64,000 bases of DNA from Gemmatimonadales bacterium (lineage in GTDB: Bacteria > Gemmatimonadota > Gemmatimonadetes > Gemmatimonadales > GWC2-71-9). The position numbers and the translations under genes were made by a program. This document shows positions 41,286-50,220 of the stretch, piece after piece. A model generated the notes under the pieces. The model was not told the DNA's origin and did no database searches. It saw only the letters and a program-made list of their open reading frames with translations. The stretch covers positions 1,542-65,541 of the forward strand of contig JAICQR010000001.1 of NCBI GenBank assembly GCA_025937755.1. Direction: 5' to 3'. The stretch's first letter is position 1. Every line of letters begins with the position of its first letter.

Positions 41286-43721
41286 TCAGGAGGGTTCTCG
41301 GGAAAGCAGCGCCAACGCGTCACGGATCTTCTGCTGGTGTTCGGCCGCATCCTCCCGCCCCGACATCTCCCACTGGCGGAGCGCGCTCCGATAGAGCGAA
41401 TCGGCCCGGGAGAGTCGCCTGGTCTTGCCGTACAGCTCGGCCAGGGCCTGCTGAGCCTCGGCGATGTAATAGCTCGTGGGCTCGAGCGCCCTCTCCCGGA
41501 TGCGCAGCGCGGTGGTCAGGTGAGCTTCGGCACGCGCCAACCTGCCCAGCTCGAGCTGGGCCACACCGATCGAATGATGGGTGGTGGCAATGAACGGATG
41601 ATCAGGTGACAGTGACTTCTCCCGGATGACCAGTGCCTGCTCCAGCAGCGGAATCGCCTCGGCGCTCCTCCCCATCCGCGTCAGGGTGTTGGCCCTCGCC
41701 GTGAGGACGGCTCCAACGTGCGGATGCTCCGCGCCCAGGGCTTTCTCAAAGATCACCTGGGCCCGTTCGTACTCCTTCAGGGATTCCCCGAAGCGGCCTA
41801 CCTCCGAAGCAACGTTGCCGAGATTGTAGTGGTCAACGCCCGCCTGCATGTGATCCGGGCCGTAGGCCTTGATCTTGACGGCGAGCGCCTGATGGTAGAG
41901 CGAATCCGCTGCGGTGAACTTGCCCTGCTCGAACAGCGAGCTCGCCAGCCCGCTCATCGCAGCCGCCACCCCGGTCGAGTTGGCGCCATCCGCCCGAAGT
42001 CTGCTGGCCAGCACCTGCCGGAACAGTGATTCCGCAGCTTCCGGTTTACCCTGCTCCGCCTGCGATGCCGCCAATGTCCAAGTCTGCTCGGTCACGTCCT
42101 CGTGGTCGGCACCCAATTGCTCCCGCAGCATCCCGAGCCGGAGGCGCGCGACCGAGTCAGACTCCTGAAAGCGACCCTCGCCCCGGTACGTCTCACTCAG
42201 CACCTCCAGCGTCCATGCCAGGTCCACCTGCTCAGCATCGGCCTGGCCTGCAAGTCTGATTGCGCGCACCAGGGCTGATTCTGCCCGGGGGTAAAGCCCC
42301 TGTTCCTTGTAGAGCGAACCCAGCGACGTCAGGCTGGAAGAAAGGCCGGCGCTGTTGTCGCCCGGCAGGCTCTCCCGTATCGCCAGCGAACGATCCAGCA
42401 GCCGCTCGGCCTCGGCATATGCTCCCAGCTGGGTGTACACGCCGCCGATGGTCCGCATCAGCCGCGCCTGCACCTCCGGCTGCCCTGACAGCTCCCGGTC
42501 CAGTCGCACCGCACCGGAATCCAGAATCTCGCGCGCGGTGATGGCATCGCCCCGGGCACGGTCAGGTCTCGAGATGTTGAACAGTCTCACCAGGAAGTTG
42601 GACACTTCGTCTGCGGTCGCTGCTTCACGTACAGCCCGCTCGTTGGCGCGGGTCGCACGGACGAAACCCGTAACCGCCGCGCCCGCTCCCACCAGGAGCG
42701 CCGCCACCACCGCCGCACCCGCCAGCACCAAGATCCGGTGCCGACGGACAAACTTTTGCAGCCGGTACGTCGCTGTGGGCGGGCGAGCATGCACCGGCTC
42801 GTGCGCCAGATAGCGTCGCAGGTCATTGCCAAGCCCGGACGCCGACTGGTACCGGCGGTTCCGGTCCTTGTCCATCGCCGTCATCACGATCCAGTCGAGA
42901 TCACCCTTCAGCTCCCGGCGGAGGTGATCGGCACTGGTGCTGCGCAATGTGGCGATCGGGCCCTGGTCACCTGCCAGCGTCGTGACCTTGTGACTCGGCA
43001 GCGGTGGGTCGGTGGCGCGCTGCGCCAGCCGGGCCAGGAAGGCCTGAAGGCCGCGCTCCGCCGGATCCTCCGGCAGTCGGCCCACCAACAGCTCGTACAG
43101 CATCACGCCGAGGCTGTAGATGTCGGTCCGGGTATCGACGTCGAGCCCCGAGCGCTCGGCCTGCTCCGGGCTCATGTAGGCCGGCGTGCCGATGGTCTGC
43201 CCCACCATGGTAACCATGGTGCGCTCGGTGAACTGTGCACCGGTGGCCTTGGCGATCCCGAAGTCGATGATCTTGGGCACCGGCCTGCCGTCGGACTCGG
43301 TGACCATCACGTTGGAAGGCTTGAGATCGCGGTGGATCACGCCCTTCTGGTGGGCATGCTGCACCGCGTCGCATACCGGCCGGAAAAGTTCCACCCGCTC
43401 ACGAGTGGAGAGCTTCCGGCTGTCGCAGTACTCGGTGATGGGGATGCCCTTCACCAGTTCCATCACGAAATAGGGACGGCCGTCGTCGCTGGCGCCGGCG
43501 TCGAGCACCTTGGCGATCGACTCGTGGTTCATCACCGCCAGCGCCTGCCGCTCCGACTCGAACCGCGCCAGGATGTCGCGCGACTCCACTCCCCCGCGCA
43601 CCACCTTGAGTGCCACCCGCCGCTGCACCGGAGCGGTCTGCTCTGCCTCGTAGACCGTCCCCATCCCGCCTTCTCCCAGGATCTGGAGAATGCGGTAGGG
43701 TCCGATGCGTTCGAACGTCAC
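41286..43721 (-). CDS. Ser/Thr protein kinase with TM segment and C-terminal TPR repeats
   Basis: GEGGMGTVYEA..VALKVV, HRDLKPSNVM, DFGIAK, SPEQ. TM ILVLAGAAVVAALLVGAGAAV. Many TPR-like units. Confidence 0.9.
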   Translation of the reverse strand: MTFERIGPYRILQILGEGGMGTVYEAEQTAPVQRRVALKVVRGGVESRDILARFESERQALAVMNHESIAKVLDAGASDDGRPYFVMELVKGIPITEYCDSRKLSTRERVELFRPVCDAVQHAHQKGVIHRDLKPSNVMVTESDGRPVPKIIDFGIAKATGAQFTERTMVTMVGQTIGTPAYMSPEQAERSGLDVDTRTDIYSLGVMLYELLVGRLPEDPAERGLQAFLARLAQRATDPPLPSHKVTTLAGDQGPIATLRSTSADHLRRELKGDLDWIVMTAMDKDRNRRYQSASGLGNDLRRYLAHEPVHARPPTATYRLQKFVRRHRILVLAGAAVVAALLVGAGAAVTGFVRATRANERAVREAATADEVSNFLVRLFNISRPDRARGDAITAREILDSGAVRLDRELSGQPEVQARLMRTIGGVYTQLGAYAEAERLLDRSLAIRESLPGDNSAGLSSSLTSLGSLYKEQGLYPRAESALVRAIRLAGQADAEQVDLAWTLEVLSETYRGEGRFQESDSVARLRLGMLREQLGADHEDVTEQTWTLAASQAEQGKPEAAESLFRQVLASRLRADGANSTGVAAAMSGLASSLFEQGKFTAADSLYHQALAVKIKAYGPDHMQAGVDHYNLGNVASEVGRFGESLKEYERAQVIFEKALGAEHPHVGAVLTARANTLTRMGRSAEAIPLLEQALVIREKSLSPDHPFIATTHHSIGVAQLELGRLARAEAHLTTALRIRERALEPTSYYIAEAQQALAELYGKTRRLSRADSLYRSALRQWEMSGREDAAEHQQKIRDALALLSREPS

Positions 43722-44221
43722 TACTCCCCCAGCACCGGCTCGACTGGTTCCGGCTCGGGCGCCGTCAGCTGGTGACGGTCGATCAGGCGGACACAGGTGT
43801 TCCAGCGCAGCAGCGCCTCGTCATTGCCAGGCGCGCGAAGCTGCTCGGCCTCGGCAAACAGCGCCATCGCACGGTGCAGCCATTCCCACGCCATGTCACC
43901 TCGCCCCGCCACCTTGGATTCCAGTTTGGCGCGAGCTCGGCGCTCGCACAGGATCCCGCCGTAGTAGGCCTTCTTGTAGGCGTCGGTGACCCGGTCCAGC
44001 GGCTCGCGTGCCCGTTCGTAGTCGGTCGACACTTCGTCGCCGAACTGATCGCTCCGCGCCAGCGCCAGCTGAATCAACGCCGATTCGTTCGCGGGGTCGG
44101 TCGCCAGCACGTCAAGGCAGATGCTCTCGGCGGCCCAGCCCTCGTCCAGCAGCCGGTACCGTTCCGCCTTGGCCAGCGCGGCGTCGATGCCGGCCGGACT
44201 GATGCGTTTCAGTTGACTCAT
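43721..44221 (-). CDS. Hypothetical helical protein (166 aa)
   Basis: AGGAG SD. 1-nt overlap with the kinase start. No recognised family. Confidence 0.55.
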   Translation of the reverse strand: MSQLKRISPAGIDAALAKAERYRLLDEGWAAESICLDVLATDPANESALIQLALARSDQFGDEVSTDYERAREPLDRVTDAYKKAYYGGILCERRARAKLESKVAGRGDMAWEWLHRAMALFAEAEQLRAPGNDEALLRWNTCVRLIDRHQLTAPEPEPVEPVLGE

Positions 44222-44240
44222 GACTCGCTCCTGCGCGGCG

Positions 44241-44999
44241 TCAGGTATGCCGCCGAGAGAAGATCTTCACCAGCTTGCCCACCGGATCGAACGCGTCATC
44301 GACCACTCGCTCCTTGAGCGGGATGATGGCGTTGTCGGTGATGGTGATGTGCTCCGGACACACAGCGGTGCAGCACTTGGTGATGTTGCAATACCCGATG
44401 CCGTGCGCCTGCCGCAGCTCGGGGATGCGGTCCTCGGTGTCGAGCGGGTGCATCTCCAGCGCCGCGGCATATACCAGGTAGCGCGGGCCGATGAATTCGT
44501 CGTGCTTCTGGTGGTCGCGCAGCACGTGACACACGTCCTGGCACAGATAGCACTCGATGCACTTCCGGAACTCCTGCACCCGGTCCACGTCCGACTGCGC
44601 GATGCGCCAGGTGCCGTCCGGCGCGTCGGGCTCCCGCGGCTTGAACGGCTTGATCCCCTGCTTCACCCGGTAGTTCCAGCTGACATCGGTGACCAGGTCG
44701 CGCACCAGCGGGAACGCCTTCATCGGCTCGACCGTAACCGGCTGGCTCATGTCCAGTTCGTTCAACCGTGTCATGCACATCAGTCGCGGCTTGCCGTTGA
44801 TTTCGGCCGAGCACGAGCCGCACTTCCCCGCCTTGCAGTTCCATCGCACCGCGAGGTCGTTGGCCTGCTCGGCCTGGATCTGGTGCACCGCATCCAGCAC
44901 CACCATCCCTTCCGACACCGTCGTGGGATAGTCCGCGAATCCGCCGCCCGACGCATCGCCCCGCCAGATCCGGAAGGTCGCCTGGGTTTCCTGTTGCAT
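44241..44999 (-). CDS. sdhB: Succinate dehydrogenase/fumarate reductase iron-sulfur subunit
   Basis: Cluster motifs CKAGKCGSCSAEINGKPRLMC, CIECYLCQDVC and CNITKCCTAVCP. Confidence 0.9.
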   Translation of the reverse strand: MQQETQATFRIWRGDASGGGFADYPTTVSEGMVVLDAVHQIQAEQANDLAVRWNCKAGKCGSCSAEINGKPRLMCMTRLNELDMSQPVTVEPMKAFPLVRDLVTDVSWNYRVKQGIKPFKPREPDAPDGTWRIAQSDVDRVQEFRKCIECYLCQDVCHVLRDHQKHDEFIGPRYLVYAAALEMHPLDTEDRIPELRQAHGIGYCNITKCCTAVCPEHITITDNAIIPLKERVVDDAFDPVGKLVKIFSRRHT

Positions 45000-45000
45000 C

Positions 45001-46908
45001 TCAGCGCACCTCCAGAACGAGGGTCCTGGTCCAGGGAACCTCGGAATACGGCCCGGACAATATCAGCCGCAGCGAGTCGCCCTGGCGCGGCACAATCTCG
45101 AAGTCCGCGGTTTCTCCCGGCCCGGTGAGCAGCGTCGCCCGACGAGACACCGCCCGCGCCGGCGGCAAATCAGCGCCATCCTTGGCCAGGGGCCGCCAGC
45201 TCGTCACCGTCGTATCTCGCACCAGCTCGAACAGCACCCGCTGATCGGCGTTGATATTGATCAGTCGCAAACGATTGGGCCGGCCGGCCGCCACTCTGAG
45301 CGGCCTCGGCGATTCGTGCCCGTTCACCAGCCCGGCCGCCGAGTCCCGGAAGGTGGGTCCGTCGAGCCCGACGATCACGAGATGGTCGGTGTCCGGGTCC
45401 GGTGTCGTGCCCGGTTCCACCACCAGCAGCGCTCCGTACAGACCCATTGCCAGCTGGGTCATCTCGTTGGCGTGCGCGTGGTAGATGAACGTCCCCGAGC
45501 GGGGTGGCGTGAACTCGGCGACGAACGAATCCCCCGGCGCTATCGGTGCCATCACCTTCGGCAGGATGCCGCTCCAGCCGGGGACGCCGTCGGGGTAGCT
45601 CTCGAGCTCGATGCCGTGCCAGTGGACGCCGCTGGGCTCGGCCAGGTTGTTGACTACTGTAATCCGGACTGGCTTGCCCCGTTCCAGCACCAGCCTTGGC
45701 CCCGGAATCTCGATCGAGTCCCGGCGAAGATCCGCGTCCTGCGGAATGACGAAGCCATAGCCGGCGGAGTCGCCGAAGCGACGGGGCGACGACTGCAGCA
45801 GCAGCCGGATCCTGCGGGCGGAATCGGTCTTCGCGGCGGCCTGCCACCCGTCGGGCACCGGAACCCGGATGCCCATGACCAGCCCGTTCATCGCGCGCTC
45901 CGCTGTGTGCTGGTGCGGCAGGCCCGAGGAGTCACCCCTTGCCGCGGCTTCCAGCGCGAGGTTGCCGGTGAGCGATGCCAGCGGCGACACGTGAAACGCG
46001 AAGTGGCAATGGAGGATCCAGTTGCCCGGCTGGCTCGGGGCCCAGCGCATCGCCATTGTGTTCCACGGCAGCATCAGTTCGGTGACCATCTGCGGCCGCG
46101 CTCCCGCCGCAAACAGCGTGTCCTGCAGCCAGTCACCCCGGCTCGCGAGCTCAAAGTAGAATCCGTGCAGGTGCATCGGATGCGAGCTGTTGGTGGGGTT
46201 GACCCAGCGCCAGGTCACGCTGTCGCCCAGCGCCACGTCCAGCCGCTCGGTGTTGGGCCACGACTTGCCATTGATCACCATGATGTCGCGCGGCGGCAGG
46301 TCTGGTGTGACCGAGTCTGGCGCCTGCGACCACATGCCCATCACGAACACCCGGTCGTCGGTGTTCGCTCCAACCGAATCCACCACCAGCGCGCCGCCCA
46401 GCTGGCTATCGCTCCCGGTCCTGTCGCCCGCGTCGTTGCCCAGGAGGTTCGCGGCGTAGAAGTAGGTGCCCGGCGTGCCCGCGAGAAATTCCACTGTCCG
46501 CTGCTGGCCCGCCGGCACCACTACCGAATCCGCAGCATTGCCCGGGCGCGACATCAGGCCGTGCACCACGATGGTGGAATCGGCCAGCGTATTCCTGACA
46601 CGGATGCGGATGGTGGTGCCTTCCGGGACCCGGATCAGCGGCGAGGGGATCTGCAGTGCACCGCCTGCTTCCCGGAATGCCAGCAGGTCAATCGCCGGGC
46701 CATCGTCCGCGTCCGGCTGCCAGGAGCCGCGGTCCACTTCGAGGTTCAGCGTGAGAACGCCAGCAGCGAGGCTGCCGGCCGCAACGCGGTTGGCGTGGGT
46801 CTCGATGGACGGCAGCCCGGTGCTCGAGCGCAGCGCGCCGCAACCAGCGGCCACCAGGCAGGCACTGCCGAGGCCCAGCCACGCACTGATAGCCCGAAAG
46901 CCTATCAT
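45001..46908 (-). CDS. Four-cupredoxin-domain multicopper oxidase lipoprotein (permuted ligand order)
   Basis: Lipobox LGSACLVAAGC. HPMHLHGFYFE and NWILHCHFAFH in the second quarter. VHWHGIEL and IYHAHANEMTQLAMGLYG in the third quarter. The first and last quarters are cupredoxin-like without His pairs. Confidence 0.75.
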   Translation of the reverse strand: MIGFRAISAWLGLGSACLVAAGCGALRSSTGLPSIETHANRVAAGSLAAGVLTLNLEVDRGSWQPDADDGPAIDLLAFREAGGALQIPSPLIRVPEGTTIRIRVRNTLADSTIVVHGLMSRPGNAADSVVVPAGQQRTVEFLAGTPGTYFYAANLLGNDAGDRTGSDSQLGGALVVDSVGANTDDRVFVMGMWSQAPDSVTPDLPPRDIMVINGKSWPNTERLDVALGDSVTWRWVNPTNSSHPMHLHGFYFELASRGDWLQDTLFAAGARPQMVTELMLPWNTMAMRWAPSQPGNWILHCHFAFHVSPLASLTGNLALEAAARGDSSGLPHQHTAERAMNGLVMGIRVPVPDGWQAAAKTDSARRIRLLLQSSPRRFGDSAGYGFVIPQDADLRRDSIEIPGPRLVLERGKPVRITVVNNLAEPSGVHWHGIELESYPDGVPGWSGILPKVMAPIAPGDSFVAEFTPPRSGTFIYHAHANEMTQLAMGLYGALLVVEPGTTPDPDTDHLVIVGLDGPTFRDSAAGLVNGHESPRPLRVAAGRPNRLRLININADQRVLFELVRDTTVTSWRPLAKDGADLPPARAVSRRATLLTGPGETADFEIVPRQGDSLRLILSGPYSEVPWTRTLVLEVR

Positions 46909-46912
46909 ACGT

Positions 46913-48727
46913 TTACCGATTCTCCTCGATGATGGTGGCCAGCTCCGCCGTCATCTGCGGAATGGGACGGCGCTCGAGTTGCATTGCACCATCCGCACCC
47001 TTGCGCACCAGGATATTGAACGAAGCGAAGGCATCGTCCTTTGACGGATAGTCATCCCGGAAGTGACCACCCCGGCTTTCTTTCCGTTCCAGCGCCGATC
47101 GGGTGATTGCCTCGCTTACGGTGAGCAGGTTGTCGAGGTCGAGTGCGGTGTGCCAGCCCGGGTTGTACTCCCGGTTGCCGCCGGTGCCGGTGCGGCCTGC
47201 ACGCACCCGCAGCTGCGCGATCCGTTCCAGCGCGGTCTGCATGTCGCTTTCGGTTCGGACGATGCCCACCAGGTCCTGCATCGAGTCCTGCAGGTCGTGT
47301 TGCACCTGGTACGGCGCCTCGGCCGACGCGCCCCGCTCGAACGGCTCCAGCGTCCGCGTGGCCCATTGGTCCACTTCCGCGCGGTCCACCGTGCCCGCGG
47401 AATGCGACGCCGCCCACACGGCGGCGTGATGCCCGGCGCGCTGCCCGAACACCAGCAGATCGGACAGCGAGTTGCCGCCCAGCCGGTTGGCGCCGTGGAG
47501 CCCGGCCGCCACTTCTCCGGCCGCGAAAAGCCCGGGCACGCTCGACATCTGAGTGTCGCCATCCACATTCACCCCGCCCATCGCGTAGTGAGTGGTCGGC
47601 CCCACTTCCATGGGCGTGGTGGTGATGTCGATGTCCGCCAGCTGCTTGAACTGGTGGTACATGCTGGGAAGCTTCTTGCGAATTACCTCGGCGGCGTTGG
47701 GCAGCTTCTCCTTGATCCATGCAATGTCGAGGAAGACCCCGCCGTGCGGGCTGCCCCGGCCCTCGCGCACTTCGCGCATGATGCAGCGGGCCACGTGATC
47801 GCGGGTCAGCAGCTCGGGTGGCCGGCGGGCATCCTTGTCGCCCTGGACGTAGCGCCATCCCTCCTCCGGCGTGTCCGCGGTCTGCGAGCGGTAGTTCTCG
47901 GGGATGTCGTCGAACATGAACCGCTTGCCTTCGCTGTTCACGAGAATGCCACCCTCACCTCGCACGCCCTCGGTCACCAGGATCCCGCGCACGCTCGGCG
48001 GCCACACCATGCCGGTGGGATGGAACTGCACGAACTCCATGTCCTTGAGTTCGGCGCCGGCGTGATACGCCAGCGACTGCCCGTCACCAGTGTATTCCCA
48101 GCTGTTGCTGGTGATGCGGAATGCGCGGCCGATTCCCCCGGTGGCGAGCACGATCGCCTTGGCGCGGAACAGCCGGAAGCGGCCCCGCTCGCGATCGTAG
48201 CCGAATGCGCCTGCGACCCGGTCGCCGTCCTTGAGCAGGGTGACGACGGTGACTTCCATGTGGACGTCGATCCCCTGATGCACGCCGTGGTCCTGCAGGG
48301 TGCGGATCATCTCCAGCCCGGTGCGGTCGCCCACGTGGGCCAGGCGGGGATACTTGTGGCCGCCGAAGTTGCGCTGGAGGATGCGGCCATCCGCGGTCCG
48401 GTCGAACAGCGCGCCCCATGCCTCGAGTTCGCGCACCCGGTCCGGTGCCTCTTTCGCGTGCAGCTCGGCCATCCGCCAGTTGTTCATGTACTGGCCGCCC
48501 CGCATGGTGTCGGCGAAGTGCACCTTCCAGTTGTCGCGATCGTCCACGTTGGCGAGCGATGCGGCTACGCCGCCTTCCGCCATCACCGTATGGGCCTTGC
48601 CTAGAAGGGACTTGCACACCAGCCCGACCGAGGCGCCACCGGCCGCTGCTTCGATGGCCGCGCGCAGGCCCGCGCCCCCGGCGCCGATCACCAGCACGTC
48701 GTGTTCGTGGGTCTGGTAGTCGGCCAT
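46913..48727 (-). CDS. sdhA: Succinate dehydrogenase/fumarate reductase flavoprotein subunit
   Basis: ORF 46913..49465 trimmed to MADYQTHEHDVLVIGAGGAGLRAAIEAA (the start overlaps the sdhC stop as TGATG). HPTG and HYAMGG motifs. Confidence 0.9.
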   Translation of the reverse strand: MADYQTHEHDVLVIGAGGAGLRAAIEAAAGGASVGLVCKSLLGKAHTVMAEGGVAASLANVDDRDNWKVHFADTMRGGQYMNNWRMAELHAKEAPDRVRELEAWGALFDRTADGRILQRNFGGHKYPRLAHVGDRTGLEMIRTLQDHGVHQGIDVHMEVTVVTLLKDGDRVAGAFGYDRERGRFRLFRAKAIVLATGGIGRAFRITSNSWEYTGDGQSLAYHAGAELKDMEFVQFHPTGMVWPPSVRGILVTEGVRGEGGILVNSEGKRFMFDDIPENYRSQTADTPEEGWRYVQGDKDARRPPELLTRDHVARCIMREVREGRGSPHGGVFLDIAWIKEKLPNAAEVIRKKLPSMYHQFKQLADIDITTTPMEVGPTTHYAMGGVNVDGDTQMSSVPGLFAAGEVAAGLHGANRLGGNSLSDLLVFGQRAGHHAAVWAASHSAGTVDRAEVDQWATRTLEPFERGASAEAPYQVQHDLQDSMQDLVGIVRTESDMQTALERIAQLRVRAGRTGTGGNREYNPGWHTALDLDNLLTVSEAITRSALERKESRGGHFRDDYPSKDDAFASFNILVRKGADGAMQLERRPIPQMTAELATIIEENR

Positions 48728-49530
48728 CAGAAGATCCTCACGTCGTGCCAGATGCCCATCGAACAGAGCCGCACATAGATGTCGGCGAATGCCACGCTGA
48801 ACAGGCTGAACCAGGCCCACTTCGGGTGCCAGCGATTGAGGCAGCTGGTGCAGTCGTAGGCCGCCTTCCGCACCGGGCGGCCCGCAAGACGGTCGAGATA
48901 GCCGCCCACAATGTGTCGCAGTGAGTGGCACCCCAGCGTGTAGAGGGCCAGCAGGACGGTGTTGGTGGCGAGGATCAGCGTCCCCACGCCCATGCCGAAC
49001 TCCTTGACGCCGGTCGCCGGATCCACAAACCACAGCGCCTTCCACACATCGCTCGCGAGGATCACCAGGAAGACAAGAGCGATGTAGAGCAGGTACCGGT
49101 GCACGTTCTGCAGCACCAGCGGGAGGGTGCGTTCGCCCAGATAGGTCTTGCGTGGCTCGCCCACGGTGCAGGCGGGCGGATCGGCCCAGAACGCCTTGTA
49201 GTAAGCGCCGCGATAGTAGTAGCAGGTGACCCGGAACAGCCCCGGGAAGGGCAGGATGATCAGCGCCGGCGAAAACGGGAGGAAGCCCGGCCACCAGCCC
49301 GGTTTGGGGCCGAACCAGCTGTGCGCCGAGTCGCCGAAGAGGACCGGAGAATAGAAGGGAGAGAGGTAGGGCCCGAACTCGTAGTGCGCGTTCTGGAAGG
49401 CGGCCCAGGTGGCATATACAATGAAGGCCGTCAGGATGATGAAGACCACCACCGGCTGGACCCACCAGGCGTCCCGCCGCATCGTCTCGCCAAAGCGGCG
49501 CCGGGTGAGCTGAACGAGCGCGTCAGCCAT
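48727..49530 (-). CDS. sdhC: Succinate dehydrogenase membrane (cytochrome b-like) subunit
   Basis: A 5-6 TM protein directly coupled to sdhA. The assignment rests on position and topology, not on a motif I can name. Confidence 0.6.
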   Translation of the reverse strand: MADALVQLTRRRFGETMRRDAWWVQPVVVFIILTAFIVYATWAAFQNAHYEFGPYLSPFYSPVLFGDSAHSWFGPKPGWWPGFLPFSPALIILPFPGLFRVTCYYYRGAYYKAFWADPPACTVGEPRKTYLGERTLPLVLQNVHRYLLYIALVFLVILASDVWKALWFVDPATGVKEFGMGVGTLILATNTVLLALYTLGCHSLRHIVGGYLDRLAGRPVRKAAYDCTSCLNRWHPKWAWFSLFSVAFADIYVRLCSMGIWHDVRIF

Positions 49531-49671
49531 GCGGAGAGGAACCTCTCGGGACAGGTGGAAGCATTCGGCGCGCGGGGGATTGTGCTATCGGGAAAGATAC
49601 GCGGTCCCGGCGATCAGGCTACTTTCCTCGGGGCCGGTCGGCCCCTCACCTCACATCGCCCGGAGCCCCAC

Positions 49672-50220
49672 ATGCTCATGTGGCTCGTCATAGCCGTCGC
49701 CGTCGTGGGCGGCTACCTGATCCTGACCTGGAACGGCCTCACCCGGCTTCGCCAGCTCGCCCGCAATGCCTGGGCCGATATCGACGTCCAGCTCCGCCGG
49801 CGACACGACCTCATTCCCACATTGGTGGCGACGGTTCAGGGACATGCCGGATACGAGCGCGGCACCCTCGAAGCCGTGGTCGATGCCCGCCAGCGGGCCC
49901 AAGCCGCACCCGGCCCCGCCGCGGCCGGCGCCGCCGAGCAGAGCCTGACCACCCAGGTCCGCCAGTTGTTCGCGATCGCGGAAGCTTATCCCGATCTCAA
50001 GGCTGGCGGCAGTTTTCTCGAGCTGCAGCGATCACTGGTAGAAATCGAGGACCATATCCAGAACGCCCGCCGGTACTACAACGCCGTGGTCCGCGATCTC
50101 AACACCGGCATCCAGAAGTTTCCCGCCAGCCTGGTGGCCGGGCCGCTGGGCTTCCACGAGGAGGAATTCTTCGGATTGGACGACGACTCCCAGGCGGCCG
50201 TGCCGCAGGTGTCACTGTGA
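49672..50220 (+). CDS. lemA: LemA family protein
   Basis: MLMWLVIAVAVVGGYLILTWNGLTRLRQLARNAWADIDVQLRRRHDLIP, typical LemA. The long upstream ORF extension was rejected. Confidence 0.85.
   Translation: MLMWLVIAVAVVGGYLILTWNGLTRLRQLARNAWADIDVQLRRRHDLIPTLVATVQGHAGYERGTLEAVVDARQRAQAAPGPAAAGAAEQSLTTQVRQLFAIAEAYPDLKAGGSFLELQRSLVEIEDHIQNARRYYNAVVRDLNTGIQKFPASLVAGPLGFHEEEFFGLDDDSQAAVPQVSL

Noticed and set aside
49680-50216. N-terminal 179-codon extension of the 752-aa ORF, and analogous extensions of sdhA (48728-49465), GMC (7145-7459), the M14 genes, the beta-lactamase-fold gene and YciI.
   Set aside because: The extensions overlap well-supported upstream genes, are Arg/Pro-rich nonsense, and are followed by an internal start with a proper signal peptide or family N-terminus and a coupling junction.
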